Shown piece by piece: positions 36,076 through 45,586 of a stretch of 64,000 bases of DNA; the stretch's first letter is position 1, and the number at the start of each line of letters is the position of its first letter. The position numbers were made by a program, and so were the translations under genes. This stretch comes from a bacterium. Lineage in GTDB: Bacteria > Patescibacteriota > Microgenomatia > UBA1400 > PJMF01. The stretch is from the NCBI GenBank assembly GCA_017431625.1, contig JAFRKQ010000021.1, positions 13,324 through 77,323 of the forward strand, read 5' to 3'. Below the pieces are notes generated by a model. The model was not told the DNA's origin. It made no database searches and saw only the letters and a program-made list of their open reading frames with translations.

Positions 36076-36831
36076 TTACTCTTTTTTGGCCTCATCGGCA
36101 AGAGTCAAAAGTGGCTTTTTACCTCGAGCTCTCGCCCGCACAAAGTCTGTCGCCTCAAAAAGCGACTCAAAAGTGCCACAGTCGTACCAACGACCAGAGA
36201 TAACCCGAACGTCAAGACTACCTTCTTTAAGATATGCCTTGTGCAAATCCACAATTTCCAACTCGCCCCGGGCCGACGGCTGGAGTTTTTTGGCCTTTTG
36301 GATCACACTGTTGTCATAAATATACAGACCAGGAATAGCGTAATTACTCTTAGGCTGTTCAGGTTTTTCTTCAATCGAAGTAACTTTGCCATTTTTGTTG
36401 AAGGCCACCACACCAAAACGTTCTGGGTCCTTGACTTGTTTGGCAAAAACTCGTCCGCCACTACGGAAAGATTTGATGTCATCACTAAAATTGTATTCAA
36501 ACAAATTGTCACCCAAAACCATGGTAACATCATCATCGCCAATAAAACGCTCGCCAATAATAAACGCTTGTGCCAGCCCAGCCGGTTGTGGCTGGACCAC
36601 ATAAGAGAATTTCACCCCAAATTTTTCGCCATCACCCAATAAATTGAGGAAATCGCCCGCATTTTTGGGGGCAATAATAATCAAAATTTCTTTGATGCCA
36701 GCATCTACCAAGGTCTGAATGGGATAAAAAACCATCGGTTTATTGTAGACTGGCAATAACTGTTTGCTGGTAATCGACGTCAACGGCCGCAAACGTGTAC
36801 CCGCGCCTCCTGCCAAAACAATCCCACGCAT
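36076..36831 (-). CDS. rmlA: Glucose-1-phosphate thymidylyltransferase-like sugar nucleotidyltransferase (RmlA family)
   Basis: MRGIVLAGGAGTRLRPLT...SKQLLPVYNKPM...GLAQAF...ERFGVV...EEKP..PKSN...GLY.YD aligns closely with the RmlA consensus. Confidence 0.8.
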   Translation of the reverse strand: MRGIVLAGGAGTRLRPLTSITSKQLLPVYNKPMVFYPIQTLVDAGIKEILIIIAPKNAGDFLNLLGDGEKFGVKFSYVVQPQPAGLAQAFIIGERFIGDDDVTMVLGDNLFEYNFSDDIKSFRSGGRVFAKQVKDPERFGVVAFNKNGKVTSIEEKPEQPKSNYAIPGLYIYDNSVIQKAKKLQPSARGELEIVDLHKAYLKEGSLDVRVISGRWYDCGTFESLFEATDFVRARARGKKPLLTLADEAKKE

Positions 36832-36833
36832 AT

Positions 36834-38243
36834 TTACCTTTCTGTTGCTGTTAGCTTGAGGCCGAGTTCTGCCAACTGAGCCGGAGTAGCTGGTGCTGGT
36901 GCTTCCATAATCGCAGTCTTACCCGAACCACTAGTGGGGAAGGCCACCACTTCTTTGACTGACTCCTCACCGGCCAAAACCATCGCCAGCCGGTCAATAC
37001 CCAAAGCAATCCCACCATGAGGTGGCGTCCCATAATCAAAAGCCTCGAGCATATGACCCACGCTCGCTTCAATCTCGTCGTGATTATAACCCATGATCTT
37101 ATAAGTAGCCTCCAAAATCTCACGGGTATGAGCGCGCAGACTGCCGCCACCAACTTCAAAACCATTGCAAACCAGATCATACTGCGCCGTAATAATGTTT
37201 TCCAGATTGCGTCCCGCCAAATGATCTTCAAGATGCTCAGGTAGGGGAGCCGAGAAAGGATTATGAGTAAAAGTCCAGCCACTCTTGCCGTCAATGACTT
37301 CAGCTGCGTCGGCCTTATCCACTTTTTTGAAAAAAGGGAAACCCACTACCCAGGCAAAAGCCAGCGTGCCATCTTTTTTCTCCTTGTCGGTGCGCAAATC
37401 AAACCGATCGGCACCAAATTGTTCCATTGCATCTTTATATTGATATACCGGGAAATTTTCCTTTTGGAGTTTGCAACCCATGGTCTTGAGCACTTTTTTG
37501 ACCACTTTTTCCACCAAATCCATCACGTCATGAATATCCTCAGCATAGCTCATCTCCAAATCAAGCTGCGTTAGCTCCAAAAGCCGATCAGCCCGCAAAT
37601 CCTCATCACGAAAACAGCGCGCTACCTGAAAATAACGTTCAAAACCAGCTACCATTAGCAATTGTTTGTATTGTTGGGGACTTTGAGGTAAGGCGTAAAA
37701 ATCTCCTGGGTGTAGGCGAGAGGGGACAAGAAAATCACGCGCTCCTTCCTTGGTAGCTTTGGACAAAATCGGTGTTTCAATCTCAATAAAATCCTCCGCA
37801 TACAGACTTTCCCGCAACAAACGCACCAAATCATGACGAAGGCGAATATTTTTGGCCAATCGCTGCCGGCGCAAATCCAAATAACGATAGCGCAAGCGAA
37901 CGTCCTCGCTCATCTCCCGTCCATCACCGTCCACCAGAATCGGCAAATCCTTGGCCATTGACAAAACCTCATAGCTGTGAACATCAACTTCCACACTACC
38001 TGTGGGCAAATTGGGATTAACTTGACTCTCTGGTCTCGCTTTCACTTCACCTGTCACCTTGATCACTGATTCCGTCTTAAGTTCAGAGAGTTTTTTGTAA
38101 CCAACAATCTGCACTTTGCCCGAGCGATCACGCAAATCGATAAAAGTTACCTTACCGTGATCACGTTTGGTGGCCACAAAACCTTCAAGGGTGACAATCT
38201 CACCCACCTTATCCACTGTGTCTTTAATTAATGTTCTTGACAT
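36834..38243 (-). CDS. aspS: Aspartate--tRNA ligase
   Basis: N-terminal OB fold (FIDLRDRSGKVQIV). Class II motifs FRDEDLRADR, GGGSLR, GIDRLAMVL. Confidence 0.92.
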   Translation of the reverse strand: MSRTLIKDTVDKVGEIVTLEGFVATKRDHGKVTFIDLRDRSGKVQIVGYKKLSELKTESVIKVTGEVKARPESQVNPNLPTGSVEVDVHSYEVLSMAKDLPILVDGDGREMSEDVRLRYRYLDLRRQRLAKNIRLRHDLVRLLRESLYAEDFIEIETPILSKATKEGARDFLVPSRLHPGDFYALPQSPQQYKQLLMVAGFERYFQVARCFRDEDLRADRLLELTQLDLEMSYAEDIHDVMDLVEKVVKKVLKTMGCKLQKENFPVYQYKDAMEQFGADRFDLRTDKEKKDGTLAFAWVVGFPFFKKVDKADAAEVIDGKSGWTFTHNPFSAPLPEHLEDHLAGRNLENIITAQYDLVCNGFEVGGGSLRAHTREILEATYKIMGYNHDEIEASVGHMLEAFDYGTPPHGGIALGIDRLAMVLAGEESVKEVVAFPTSGSGKTAIMEAPAPATPAQLAELGLKLTATER

Positions 38244-38301
38244 ATGCTATATTATAACTCAGATTTAGTGAATTTGTCAGGGAATTTACTCTCCCTAGCG
38301 G

Positions 38302-38320
38302 TGAGTCTTTTGTCAGTACA
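38302..38320. repeat. Second copy of the GAGTACA-W-TGTACTC palindrome
   Basis: GTCAGTACAATGTACTCAC between the MFS gene end and the aspS start. Confidence 0.75.
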
Positions 38321-38367
38321 ATGTACTCACAAAAAAACACCTCTATATCAAGATATTTTTGTGAGCC

Positions 38368-39549
38368 TTAGAGGCGTACATTTTTATATGGTGGCGACAA
38401 AAAACGCTGGCTGAGCGCAAAAATCCAGGTTAAAGCCAGGGAAATGCCACCAATAACCATCAAAGCCAAACTCAGACTATAGCCATCAGCTAAAGCACCA
38501 AAAACTACGTTATAAAGGGCAAAAACCAAAATCATCGCAAAGGTTTTGAATGAAACCAACCCTGTCCACGACTGGACGCGACTGCCTCGGCGCAGCCAGG
38601 TGTCAGTCAAGGGAAAAGTGAAGCCAGTCAACATCACGCTTAGAAATAAAAAAACCAGGCCCAAAGCATCAATGCGCCAAGATGCCACCAAAATACACAC
38701 GCAAGTCAAGGTAATCACACTCACATACAAGCGGGCGGTTTGCTGACAATTGAGAAAAAAACGAGTCAAATATTGTGGCACGGCCTCGCACACAGCAAAA
38801 GCAATCGTCAAAATGCCAAAATAAAAAAGCGGTAAATCCATAATTTCGGCATAATTTTGGTAGTAATACCACACCAGCATATTAAGAGCATAAACAATCA
38901 CAGCATAAAACATCAGCGAACGAATCACTGGCTGACAGCGTATTTGTTGCCAACCTTGATGCCAAATAGTACGCGTTTTTTGTGGTTGGCGACAGCGAGC
39001 TGGTTTTTTGCCCACCAAAAATTGTACCAGCAGCAAATGAAGCAGCAAAATGGGGATACTAAGCCACAGGGTGGCGGTCAAACCACAAAACTCAGCCACA
39101 CTAGCGCCTACCACTGCCGCCAGCCCCTCACCGACAAACCCCAGACTATTATAAAAAGCCAAAAATCGCGGATAAAGCTGAGTGCGTCCCTGAGCACACA
39201 AACGTTGATAGACCAAAGTGGTATCGGTATCACTATATAGAGCATTGGCCACCCCAGTACCCACGGCCAGAACAATTAAAGTCAAAAGCGAAGGATAAAG
39301 AGCAAAAAAGACTAGTGAACCAAGCAAAAATAATTGGCCCACTGTTAGTGTCCGCCGAGCTCCCCACTGATCACTCGCCCAGCCGCTCGGCATTTCACAC
39401 AAAGTCTGAGTTAAAAAAGTCACCGTAATAAAAACTGACAACTCACCAATAGAAAAACCCAACTCCTCGAGAAGAACATTCCAGACCGCTAGATATAACA
39501 AACCATTAGCGAAAAAATTAAGAATTAGTACCAAACACACATCCAACAT
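38368..39549 (-). CDS. MFS-type transporter (12 TM)
   Basis: Hydrophobic 393-aa ORF with two 6-TM halves and a basic central loop. Confidence 0.7.
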   Translation of the reverse strand: MLDVCLVLILNFFANGLLYLAVWNVLLEELGFSIGELSVFITVTFLTQTLCEMPSGWASDQWGARRTLTVGQLFLLGSLVFFALYPSLLTLIVLAVGTGVANALYSDTDTTLVYQRLCAQGRTQLYPRFLAFYNSLGFVGEGLAAVVGASVAEFCGLTATLWLSIPILLLHLLLVQFLVGKKPARCRQPQKTRTIWHQGWQQIRCQPVIRSLMFYAVIVYALNMLVWYYYQNYAEIMDLPLFYFGILTIAFAVCEAVPQYLTRFFLNCQQTARLYVSVITLTCVCILVASWRIDALGLVFLFLSVMLTGFTFPLTDTWLRRGSRVQSWTGLVSFKTFAMILVFALYNVVFGALADGYSLSLALMVIGGISLALTWIFALSQRFLSPPYKNVRL

Positions 39550-39558
39550 CTTAAAATC

Positions 39559-40047
39559 TCAATCATGAGTGAAAATACTACCCGGAGTAAAGTGAAAGCC
39601 GCTTTGGTCCGACAAAATCAAGACTTGATTGTCCGCTGTCAATAGCAAACGGTCAGTTTCTCTCTCGCCTAGATCAATAATCACTTGTTGATCCTCCAGA
39701 CGCCATGAACCCACCAACAAATCACCGCTTAGTTCATCGCTAATGTCTACAAGTTGATTTTCCCGAAAAGTCAAGCTCAAATCGGCCGCTTGCCAATGGC
39801 CCAAAAGTCTCTCGCGACTTAAGGCACTTACCTCAATGCCTGTTGCTCCCACCAAGTGGGTATCGCGAATAGTATCCGTTTGATCCAGGCGCCGCGCCGA
39901 CAACAAGACGCCACCACAAGCAACTACAATGACACCAGCCACCAAAATTAACGCCATATCCACGTCAAGAGGCATCACCGGCGCGCGCAACTCGGGCGTC
40001 ATATTTAAATCTGTTTTTTGATTATCATCTCTGGACATTTGCATCAA
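39559..40047 (-). CDS. Hypothetical single-pass membrane protein
   Basis: TM segment LILVAGVIVVACGGVLL, then a ~110-aa soluble domain. In the operon with the efflux genes. Confidence 0.5.
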   Translation of the reverse strand: MMQMSRDDNQKTDLNMTPELRAPVMPLDVDMALILVAGVIVVACGGVLLSARRLDQTDTIRDTHLVGATGIEVSALSRERLLGHWQAADLSLTFRENQLVDISDELSGDLLVGSWRLEDQQVIIDLGERETDRLLLTADNQVLILSDQSGFHFTPGSIFTHD

Positions 40048-40106
40048 TCAAAATTATAAAGTAAATCAACTTGCCTGTCAACTAAGCCAAACAAGTGCAA
40101 ACTGTC

Positions 40107-41300
40107 TTACTCTGAGCGTAAGGCCTCAATAGGAGCTAATTTCGCCGCTTTGCGCGCGGGATAAATGCCAAATATCAAACCAATGGCCGTCGAAATCCCA
40201 ATCGCCATCAAGACCACATCCCAAGTGACGGCAGCCGTGATCTGACTAAAGTGGGTAATCAAACTACTCGCTCCCCAGCCCAAAAGAAAACCAATCGCCC
40301 CACCACTGAAAGTTACCAAAATCGCCTCAAACAAAAACTGAGTAATTAGGTAACGCTGTTGCGCTCCCAGGGCCTTGCGCAAACCAATCTCACGGGTCCG
40401 CTCCAAAACACTCATAAGCATCACGTTCATAATCCCAATACCACCCACCAACAAGGAAATCCCAGCGATACCCGCCAAAAGTGCAGTCATCATCCCCGTC
40501 ACGCTACTCAAAGTCTCCAGCAGATCAGTAGCCGCAAACATTCCAAAATCAGCATCATCAACATTTTCAATATTGTGTCGGGCCAGCATAGTATAACCAA
40601 TAATTGATTTAGCTTGAGCGACTTTGGTTTCGTCTGTAAGCGTAAACGTCACCGACGCAATCTCTCGCGAACCCAAAAGCTCATTTTGCATGGTGCTTAA
40701 GGGGATAATGGCGAAATCATCCGGATCAGAAAAACTCATCCCACCACCACTAGACTCAGCAAATACCCCCGTGACCGTAAAATAGATTGTGCCTACCTTG
40801 ATCCGCTGACCGATAGCCTCGCTCGCCGAGGCAAACAAATTGGTAGCCGTCGTGGGGCCAATGGCGATCACCCGCTGTCCCAAGGCAAAATCTTCATCGG
40901 AAAAAAAGCTACCCAGAGCCATTTTTTTATTTTCCACCTCCAAATAATTAGCACTCACTCCCGTCACGCTCGCTGTCTCGCTCTCGCTACCCGCCACTAG
41001 CGTCTGACTGCTATTGGTTTCCAGCAAGACTTGATCAAAAATACCCGAGTAATCATTGGCCATAATGACATCAATATCGTCTTGAGTCAATTTTTGGGTG
41101 GAACGATTGAACAAACTGATGCCACCGGTCCCCAATGACGAGATCTCACTCGCAATACTTTCTTGCGTGCCTCGGCCAATAGCCATCATTGTGATCACGC
41201 TGGCGATCCCAATCACAATCCCGAGTACTGACAAGAAAGTCCGGCCTTTGTTTTGCCACAAACTCGAGAGCGCTTCTTGGAAAATCTCAATTAGTATCAT
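40107..41300 (-). CDS. ABC transporter permease, MacB/FtsX family
   Basis: N-terminal TM, a large periplasmic domain, then a C-terminal 3-TM FtsX-like domain. Start taken at [11 protein letters not shown] to avoid a 59-nt overlap. Confidence 0.8.
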   Translation of the reverse strand: MILIEIFQEALSSLWQNKGRTFLSVLGIVIGIASVITMMAIGRGTQESIASEISSLGTGGISLFNRSTQKLTQDDIDVIMANDYSGIFDQVLLETNSSQTLVAGSESETASVTGVSANYLEVENKKMALGSFFSDEDFALGQRVIAIGPTTATNLFASASEAIGQRIKVGTIYFTVTGVFAESSGGGMSFSDPDDFAIIPLSTMQNELLGSREIASVTFTLTDETKVAQAKSIIGYTMLARHNIENVDDADFGMFAATDLLETLSSVTGMMTALLAGIAGISLLVGGIGIMNVMLMSVLERTREIGLRKALGAQQRYLITQFLFEAILVTFSGGAIGFLLGWGASSLITHFSQITAAVTWDVVLMAIGISTAIGLIFGIYPARKAAKLAPIEALRSE

Positions 41301-42219
41301 AATGTATATCCTTATTAGCAGGGCCGTCCTTGGTAATGACGCCATCGCGCAGCACTATCGTCCGGTCGCTATAAGAGGCCACCGCCGGCTCGTGGGTAAT
41401 GATCACAATAGTTTTGCCGTGTTCACGATTGAGTTTGGTAAAAAAGCTCAACACCTCATCAGTCTGATCAGTAGGCAAATTGCCCGTTGGCTCATCAGCC
41501 AAGACAATAGCTGGATCCATCATCAAACTCCTAGCGATCGCCACCCGCTGTTGTTGGCCACCAGAAAGCTGACAAGCCAAATGGTCACAACGATTGTCAA
41601 GTCGCACCAGACCCACCAATTCGCGCGCTTTGTCTTGTCGCTGCCGCATCGGGATCTTACCATAAATTCCCGGTAACATCACATTTTCCAAAACAGTTTT
41701 TTGCGCCAACAAATTGAAGGCCTGAAAAACAAAACCAATTTTACGCCCGCGCACAGCCGCCAACTCATCCTCAGAGTAGTCTTTAATATCAATGCCATCC
41801 AGCCGATACAAGCCACTTGTTGGTGTGTCCAAAACACCCAAAATATGCATCAGAGTTGATTTGCCCGAACCAGAAGGTCCCATAATAGAAACAAATTCTC
41901 CCTCGTGAACAGTGAAATTGATGCCTTTAAGCACTCGTGTCTCGCCGGCTTGACCATAATAAGTCTTCACTAAATCTTTAACCTCAATCACCACCTTATC
42001 TTTTACTTGAGGACCAAAACTCGAGCGAGCAACTTTGGAGTCGGCGGCCAGCATTGTATCAGTTGTCATCGACTTTTGATAAGCGCACAATGTTCGGTGA
42101 GTAGCTAAATCTTTCTGGCAATTAACCTGGTCATAGACTTGAACATTATTGTTCAATTGCTTATTTTTTTCGCTAGTATTTTTTACTGATTTTTCATCCA
42201 TTTTCTTTAATATGTTCAC
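41287..42219 (-). CDS. ABC transporter ATP-binding protein (MacB/LolD-type) with an ~70-aa N-terminal extension
   Basis: Walker [13 protein letters not shown] signature [15 protein letters not shown]. Walker [12 protein letters not shown]. Confidence 0.88.
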   Translation of the reverse strand: MNILKKMDEKSVKNTSEKNKQLNNNVQVYDQVNCQKDLATHRTLCAYQKSMTTDTMLAADSKVARSSFGPQVKDKVVIEVKDLVKTYYGQAGETRVLKGINFTVHEGEFVSIMGPSGSGKSTLMHILGVLDTPTSGLYRLDGIDIKDYSEDELAAVRGRKIGFVFQAFNLLAQKTVLENVMLPGIYGKIPMRQRQDKARELVGLVRLDNRCDHLACQLSGGQQQRVAIARSLMMDPAIVLADEPTGNLPTDQTDEVLSFFTKLNREHGKTIVIITHEPAVASYSDRTIVLRDGVITKDGPANKDIHYDTN

Positions 42220-42224
42220 ATTTC

Positions 42225-42275
42225 ATCTATTTTTTGTTCACATTTTGACTACATTTTTGTATACATTTTGTACTC
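42225..42275 (-). promoter_or_regulatory. Phased direct repeats AAAATGT(A/G) (11/11/22-bp spacing) upstream of the ABC ATPase gene. Candidate OmpR-family response-regulator operator
   Basis: Minus strand reads gtacAAAATGTAtacAAAAATGTAgtcAAAATGTGAac...AAATGTGAAc. Confidence 0.4.
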
Positions 42276-42276
42276 A

Positions 42277-43557
42277 TTAGCCATCATTGTGACGTCGTTC
42301 ACCGCCGCCAGCCGGTGGCCCACCGCCCATCGGTCCACCCAGGCGTGCATTTTGTCCCTCACTGCTAAACTCAGCCAACTCAAAAACTACTTGTTCGCCT
42401 TCTTGCAAACCAGACAAAACTTGAGTTAAATTACCACTGACAATACCCGTTTGAATCTCACGCGTTTCATTACTACCATCACTGTGGCGCACGGTGACTT
42501 GACTATGGCCACCAAAAGTGGTGATCGCCAAGGTTGGTACTGCCAAGGCATCATCAACTTGAGTAATAAGGATCTCACCATCGACTGTGAGATTGGGTAA
42601 CAAATACTGAGTGTTTTCATTGATTTGAGTGTCAAATTGGGCAATTACTTGATAGGAGGTAGTACCCGTATTGGCGGTCGTGCCATAACGATCCACACTC
42701 ACTACCTCGCCTGTGTAATTGTATGGCAAATTACTACTTGTCAGCGTGACTTTTTGTCCTAGTTCAATTTTGAGAATATCACTGGCTGACACGGTGAAAA
42801 TCGCCAACACCTGCTCACCAGTCTTGATAGTCGCCAGTCTGGCCGACAAACTAATACCCGAGCCAGAACTCACACTACCAAAACTCAAACCCTCTACTGC
42901 CGTGATATTTTCCACTATCCCTGACGCTGGCGCGTAAACCACCGCTCCGGTATTGCGATAGGTTTGATAGGCCGAAGAAACATTGGCACGCGCTTGAGTA
43001 ATAACCTTTTCTTGATTCTTATATGAGCCCTCAGCAGCCAGCCAATCTGCCCATTGCATAATCCAATCTGGATCTTCATGAGCCAAATTTTCCTCATCAG
43101 CGTGCTCCAAAAAATACTTATTTTTTTCAAACAATGGCACTTGCAGCGAGTTAAGCTGATTTTGGGCTGAATTAAGCGAGTTTTGCGCCGAAAGATAGTT
43201 GGAATATGCCGATTGGTTGGCTTGCTTACCCTCTGGTGTCAACTCGAGCTGGAACAGCTTATCACCTTCCTTGACTGTTTGCCCCTCCTCCACAAAAATA
43301 TCAGTGACCGTCCCGATAGCTTGTGTCTGAACTTGAGTGTAATTGGCACTAGAAATAGTGCCAGAGACATCAATGGTTTCTGTCATAGGCTGGCGAGCCA
43401 CTGGAATCAGCTGTTCCACCCCCTGTGACGTTTCTTCTTGCTTAGGGCGCGACCAATATCGCCAGACTCCAAGCAAAACTACCAGCAAAATCAGGTAGCG
43501 CCACTTACGTTTCTTAATATGTGTCCAAATTGACTTTAGTTTTTCTTTGACTCTCAT
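42277..43557 (-). CDS. Efflux pump periplasmic adaptor (HlyD/MacA family)
   Basis: N-terminal TM anchor, long coiled-coil hairpin, beta-barrel segments. G/P-rich C-terminal tail. Confidence 0.8.
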   Translation of the reverse strand: MRVKEKLKSIWTHIKKRKWRYLILLVVLLGVWRYWSRPKQEETSQGVEQLIPVARQPMTETIDVSGTISSANYTQVQTQAIGTVTDIFVEEGQTVKEGDKLFQLELTPEGKQANQSAYSNYLSAQNSLNSAQNQLNSLQVPLFEKNKYFLEHADEENLAHEDPDWIMQWADWLAAEGSYKNQEKVITQARANVSSAYQTYRNTGAVVYAPASGIVENITAVEGLSFGSVSSGSGISLSARLATIKTGEQVLAIFTVSASDILKIELGQKVTLTSSNLPYNYTGEVVSVDRYGTTANTGTTSYQVIAQFDTQINENTQYLLPNLTVDGEILITQVDDALAVPTLAITTFGGHSQVTVRHSDGSNETREIQTGIVSGNLTQVLSGLQEGEQVVFELAEFSSEGQNARLGGPMGGGPPAGGGERRHNDG

Positions 43558-43601
43558 ACACTCTCTTTTATCACCTTAATGTTAAAAAATTGTTAAAATT
43601 G

Positions 43602-44798
43602 CTACTGCTGTTTGGGTTGATTGTCTTTTTGCCTTTCACTTCGTCTATTATAACATAGTTGAGTTAATTTATTGTCAAAAATGCGCCGCCACCAGTAATA
43701 CTGATAGGGAAGTGACAAGCGAAAAACTGTCTGTTCGGGCCGACCACTAACGAGCACCAAGCGCCCCCGCAACAGTCGCGTCAAGTCTTGAGCCATAGCC
43801 AAGCCCAGACCACTACCGATCTGACCTTGGATTTCCTTTTTAGTGGCCCGATAAAAGCGCTGCCAAATCAATTGTTTTTCTGACTCATCAATGCCTGGGC
43901 CTTGATTGACTACCTCAATGTGCACCCACTCAGTCTCACACCGGACACTCACCCTCACGGAAGAATAAATCTTGGCATATTTACCAGCATTGTCCAGCAA
44001 AAGTTCCACAATTTGCCCCAAAAACTCCGCCTTAGTCTCCAGCATTACATCCTTTGGTGATTCAAGGATAAAGTCTATGTGCCGATCGCGATATACTTTT
44101 TGGTAGCGTGCCAAAAGCGGCTTAAGCAGCTTAGTCACCGCCACCCTCGCGACAGGTACGTCTTTTTGACCTTGGCGCAAAGCTAACAATAGCTTAGCTA
44201 CCATATTTTGCAAGTTTTGATTCTCGCCCTTGATAGTAGCCAATCCCTCACGGACACTAGCACTCATTTTTTCACCATCAAGCAAGCTAATTTCCGTTTT
44301 GATCGTGGTGATAGGTGTCTTGAGCTCATGTGAAGCATTGGCTATAAACTCTTGCTGACTTTGCGTCATCGCTCGCACCGGCCGCAGCAACCAGCCGATA
44401 AAAAAATAACCACTGACACTGGCCACCAACCATACCAAGGTGTCAAAAATTATCAAGTGACCATAAACGCGACGATCAAAAATCACCCAATTCTTTTTCA
44501 AAGCTTGAGCAAGACTCAACGTCTCGGCTGGCGGCTCACGGTCATAAGGCTCCAGGGGTGGGACACAGGATTCTTTAACGAAATGTGCCTCTTGGTAATC
44601 ACCCGTCAATTGTCGCCGGACATTGGCCTCAAAACGCCAACGCGCTTGACGATGACCCACTACCAGCAAAGCTGAGTATCCAATAATAATCACTAATGTT
44701 ACCAAAGAAAAAATCAAACTCAACTGCAGCTGGACTCGACGAAAATTGCGCGTGAGACTCTCAAACATGCTCGGCCTCCAGTCCCAACCGATAGCCAC
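43602..44798 (-). CDS. Sensor histidine kinase
   Basis: Two TM segments, H-box ANASHELKTPIT, N and G boxes (GSGLGLAMA). Confidence 0.88.
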   Translation of the reverse strand: MAIGWDWRPSMFESLTRNFRRVQLQLSLIFSLVTLVIIIGYSALLVVGHRQARWRFEANVRRQLTGDYQEAHFVKESCVPPLEPYDREPPAETLSLAQALKKNWVIFDRRVYGHLIIFDTLVWLVASVSGYFFIGWLLRPVRAMTQSQQEFIANASHELKTPITTIKTEISLLDGEKMSASVREGLATIKGENQNLQNMVAKLLLALRQGQKDVPVARVAVTKLLKPLLARYQKVYRDRHIDFILESPKDVMLETKAEFLGQIVELLLDNAGKYAKIYSSVRVSVRCETEWVHIEVVNQGPGIDESEKQLIWQRFYRATKKEIQGQIGSGLGLAMAQDLTRLLRGRLVLVSGRPEQTVFRLSLPYQYYWWRRIFDNKLTQLCYNRRSERQKDNQPKQQ

Positions 44799-45450
44799 GA
44801 GTTTTCACTGTTTGGATCAAAGTGGGCAAATGGGGAAAAGCCTTATCAATTTTTTTGCGCAAAAAACAGATATAAGTATCCACCACCCGATCATAAACTT
44901 GAGTTTCATTTTCCCACACATGAGCCAAAAGCTCTTGCTTAGTGATAATCCAGTGTGATTTGTGCATCAAATAGGCCAGGAGTTGATATTCCTTGCGTGA
45001 CAATTGAATCACCTGCCCCGCGCGAGTCACCTGACCACTACTGGGATCCAAAATCAAATCGGCCACCTGCAAGACCGGCTGTTTTTTATCACTCACACGC
45101 CGCAAAAGCGCCTGGAGACGGGCCAAAAGTTCTTCCACCTCAAAAGGTTTGGCTAGATAATCATCCGCTCCCGAGCGCAAACCGGTCACAATTTCTGGCG
45201 TCGTGACCCTGGCGGTAAGCACCAAAATGGGCAATTTTAGCCCCCGCTCACGCACCAGTGCTAGCACCTGCAGACCGTCAATTTTGGGTAGCGTCAGATC
45301 CAAAATCATCACGTCATAATAACTATCATCCACTAGGCACAGGGCCTGCTCACCATCAAAGGCTTGATCCACCGCATAAGCGTGCCGGCGCAAAATTTTG
45401 GCCAGTGATTTGTTAAGTGGCAGCTTGTCCTCGACCAAAAGTATACGCAT
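44761..45450 (-). CDS. OmpR/PhoB-family response regulator
   Basis: Receiver domain (MRILLVEDKL, conserved D in DVMILDL) plus a C-terminal winged-helix domain (TRGYRL). Confidence 0.9.
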   Translation of the reverse strand: MRILLVEDKLPLNKSLAKILRRHAYAVDQAFDGEQALCLVDDSYYDVMILDLTLPKIDGLQVLALVRERGLKLPILVLTARVTTPEIVTGLRSGADDYLAKPFEVEELLARLQALLRRVSDKKQPVLQVADLILDPSSGQVTRAGQVIQLSRKEYQLLAYLMHKSHWIITKQELLAHVWENETQVYDRVVDTYICFLRKKIDKAFPHLPTLIQTVKTRGYRLGLEAEHV

Positions 45451-45535
45451 AACTCAATTCTACCACGACCTTGTTAAAGCATTGTCAAAACTCATATTCC
45501 GATCAGTGGTCTGTAGCCCAATTCACCTTTCTTGA

Positions 45536-45586
45536 CCTATAATTATACCACAAAAGTCTTGTTTTGTCAAGAGGCAATTTCCAGGC
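45536..45586 (-). promoter_or_regulatory. Promoter of the TCS-efflux operon: GCCTGGAAATTGCCTC, then TTGACA, N17, TGGTATAAT
   Basis: Reverse complement of 45541-45586 gives a consensus -35, a 17-bp spacer and an extended -10. Includes the conserved 23-mer. Confidence 0.65.
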
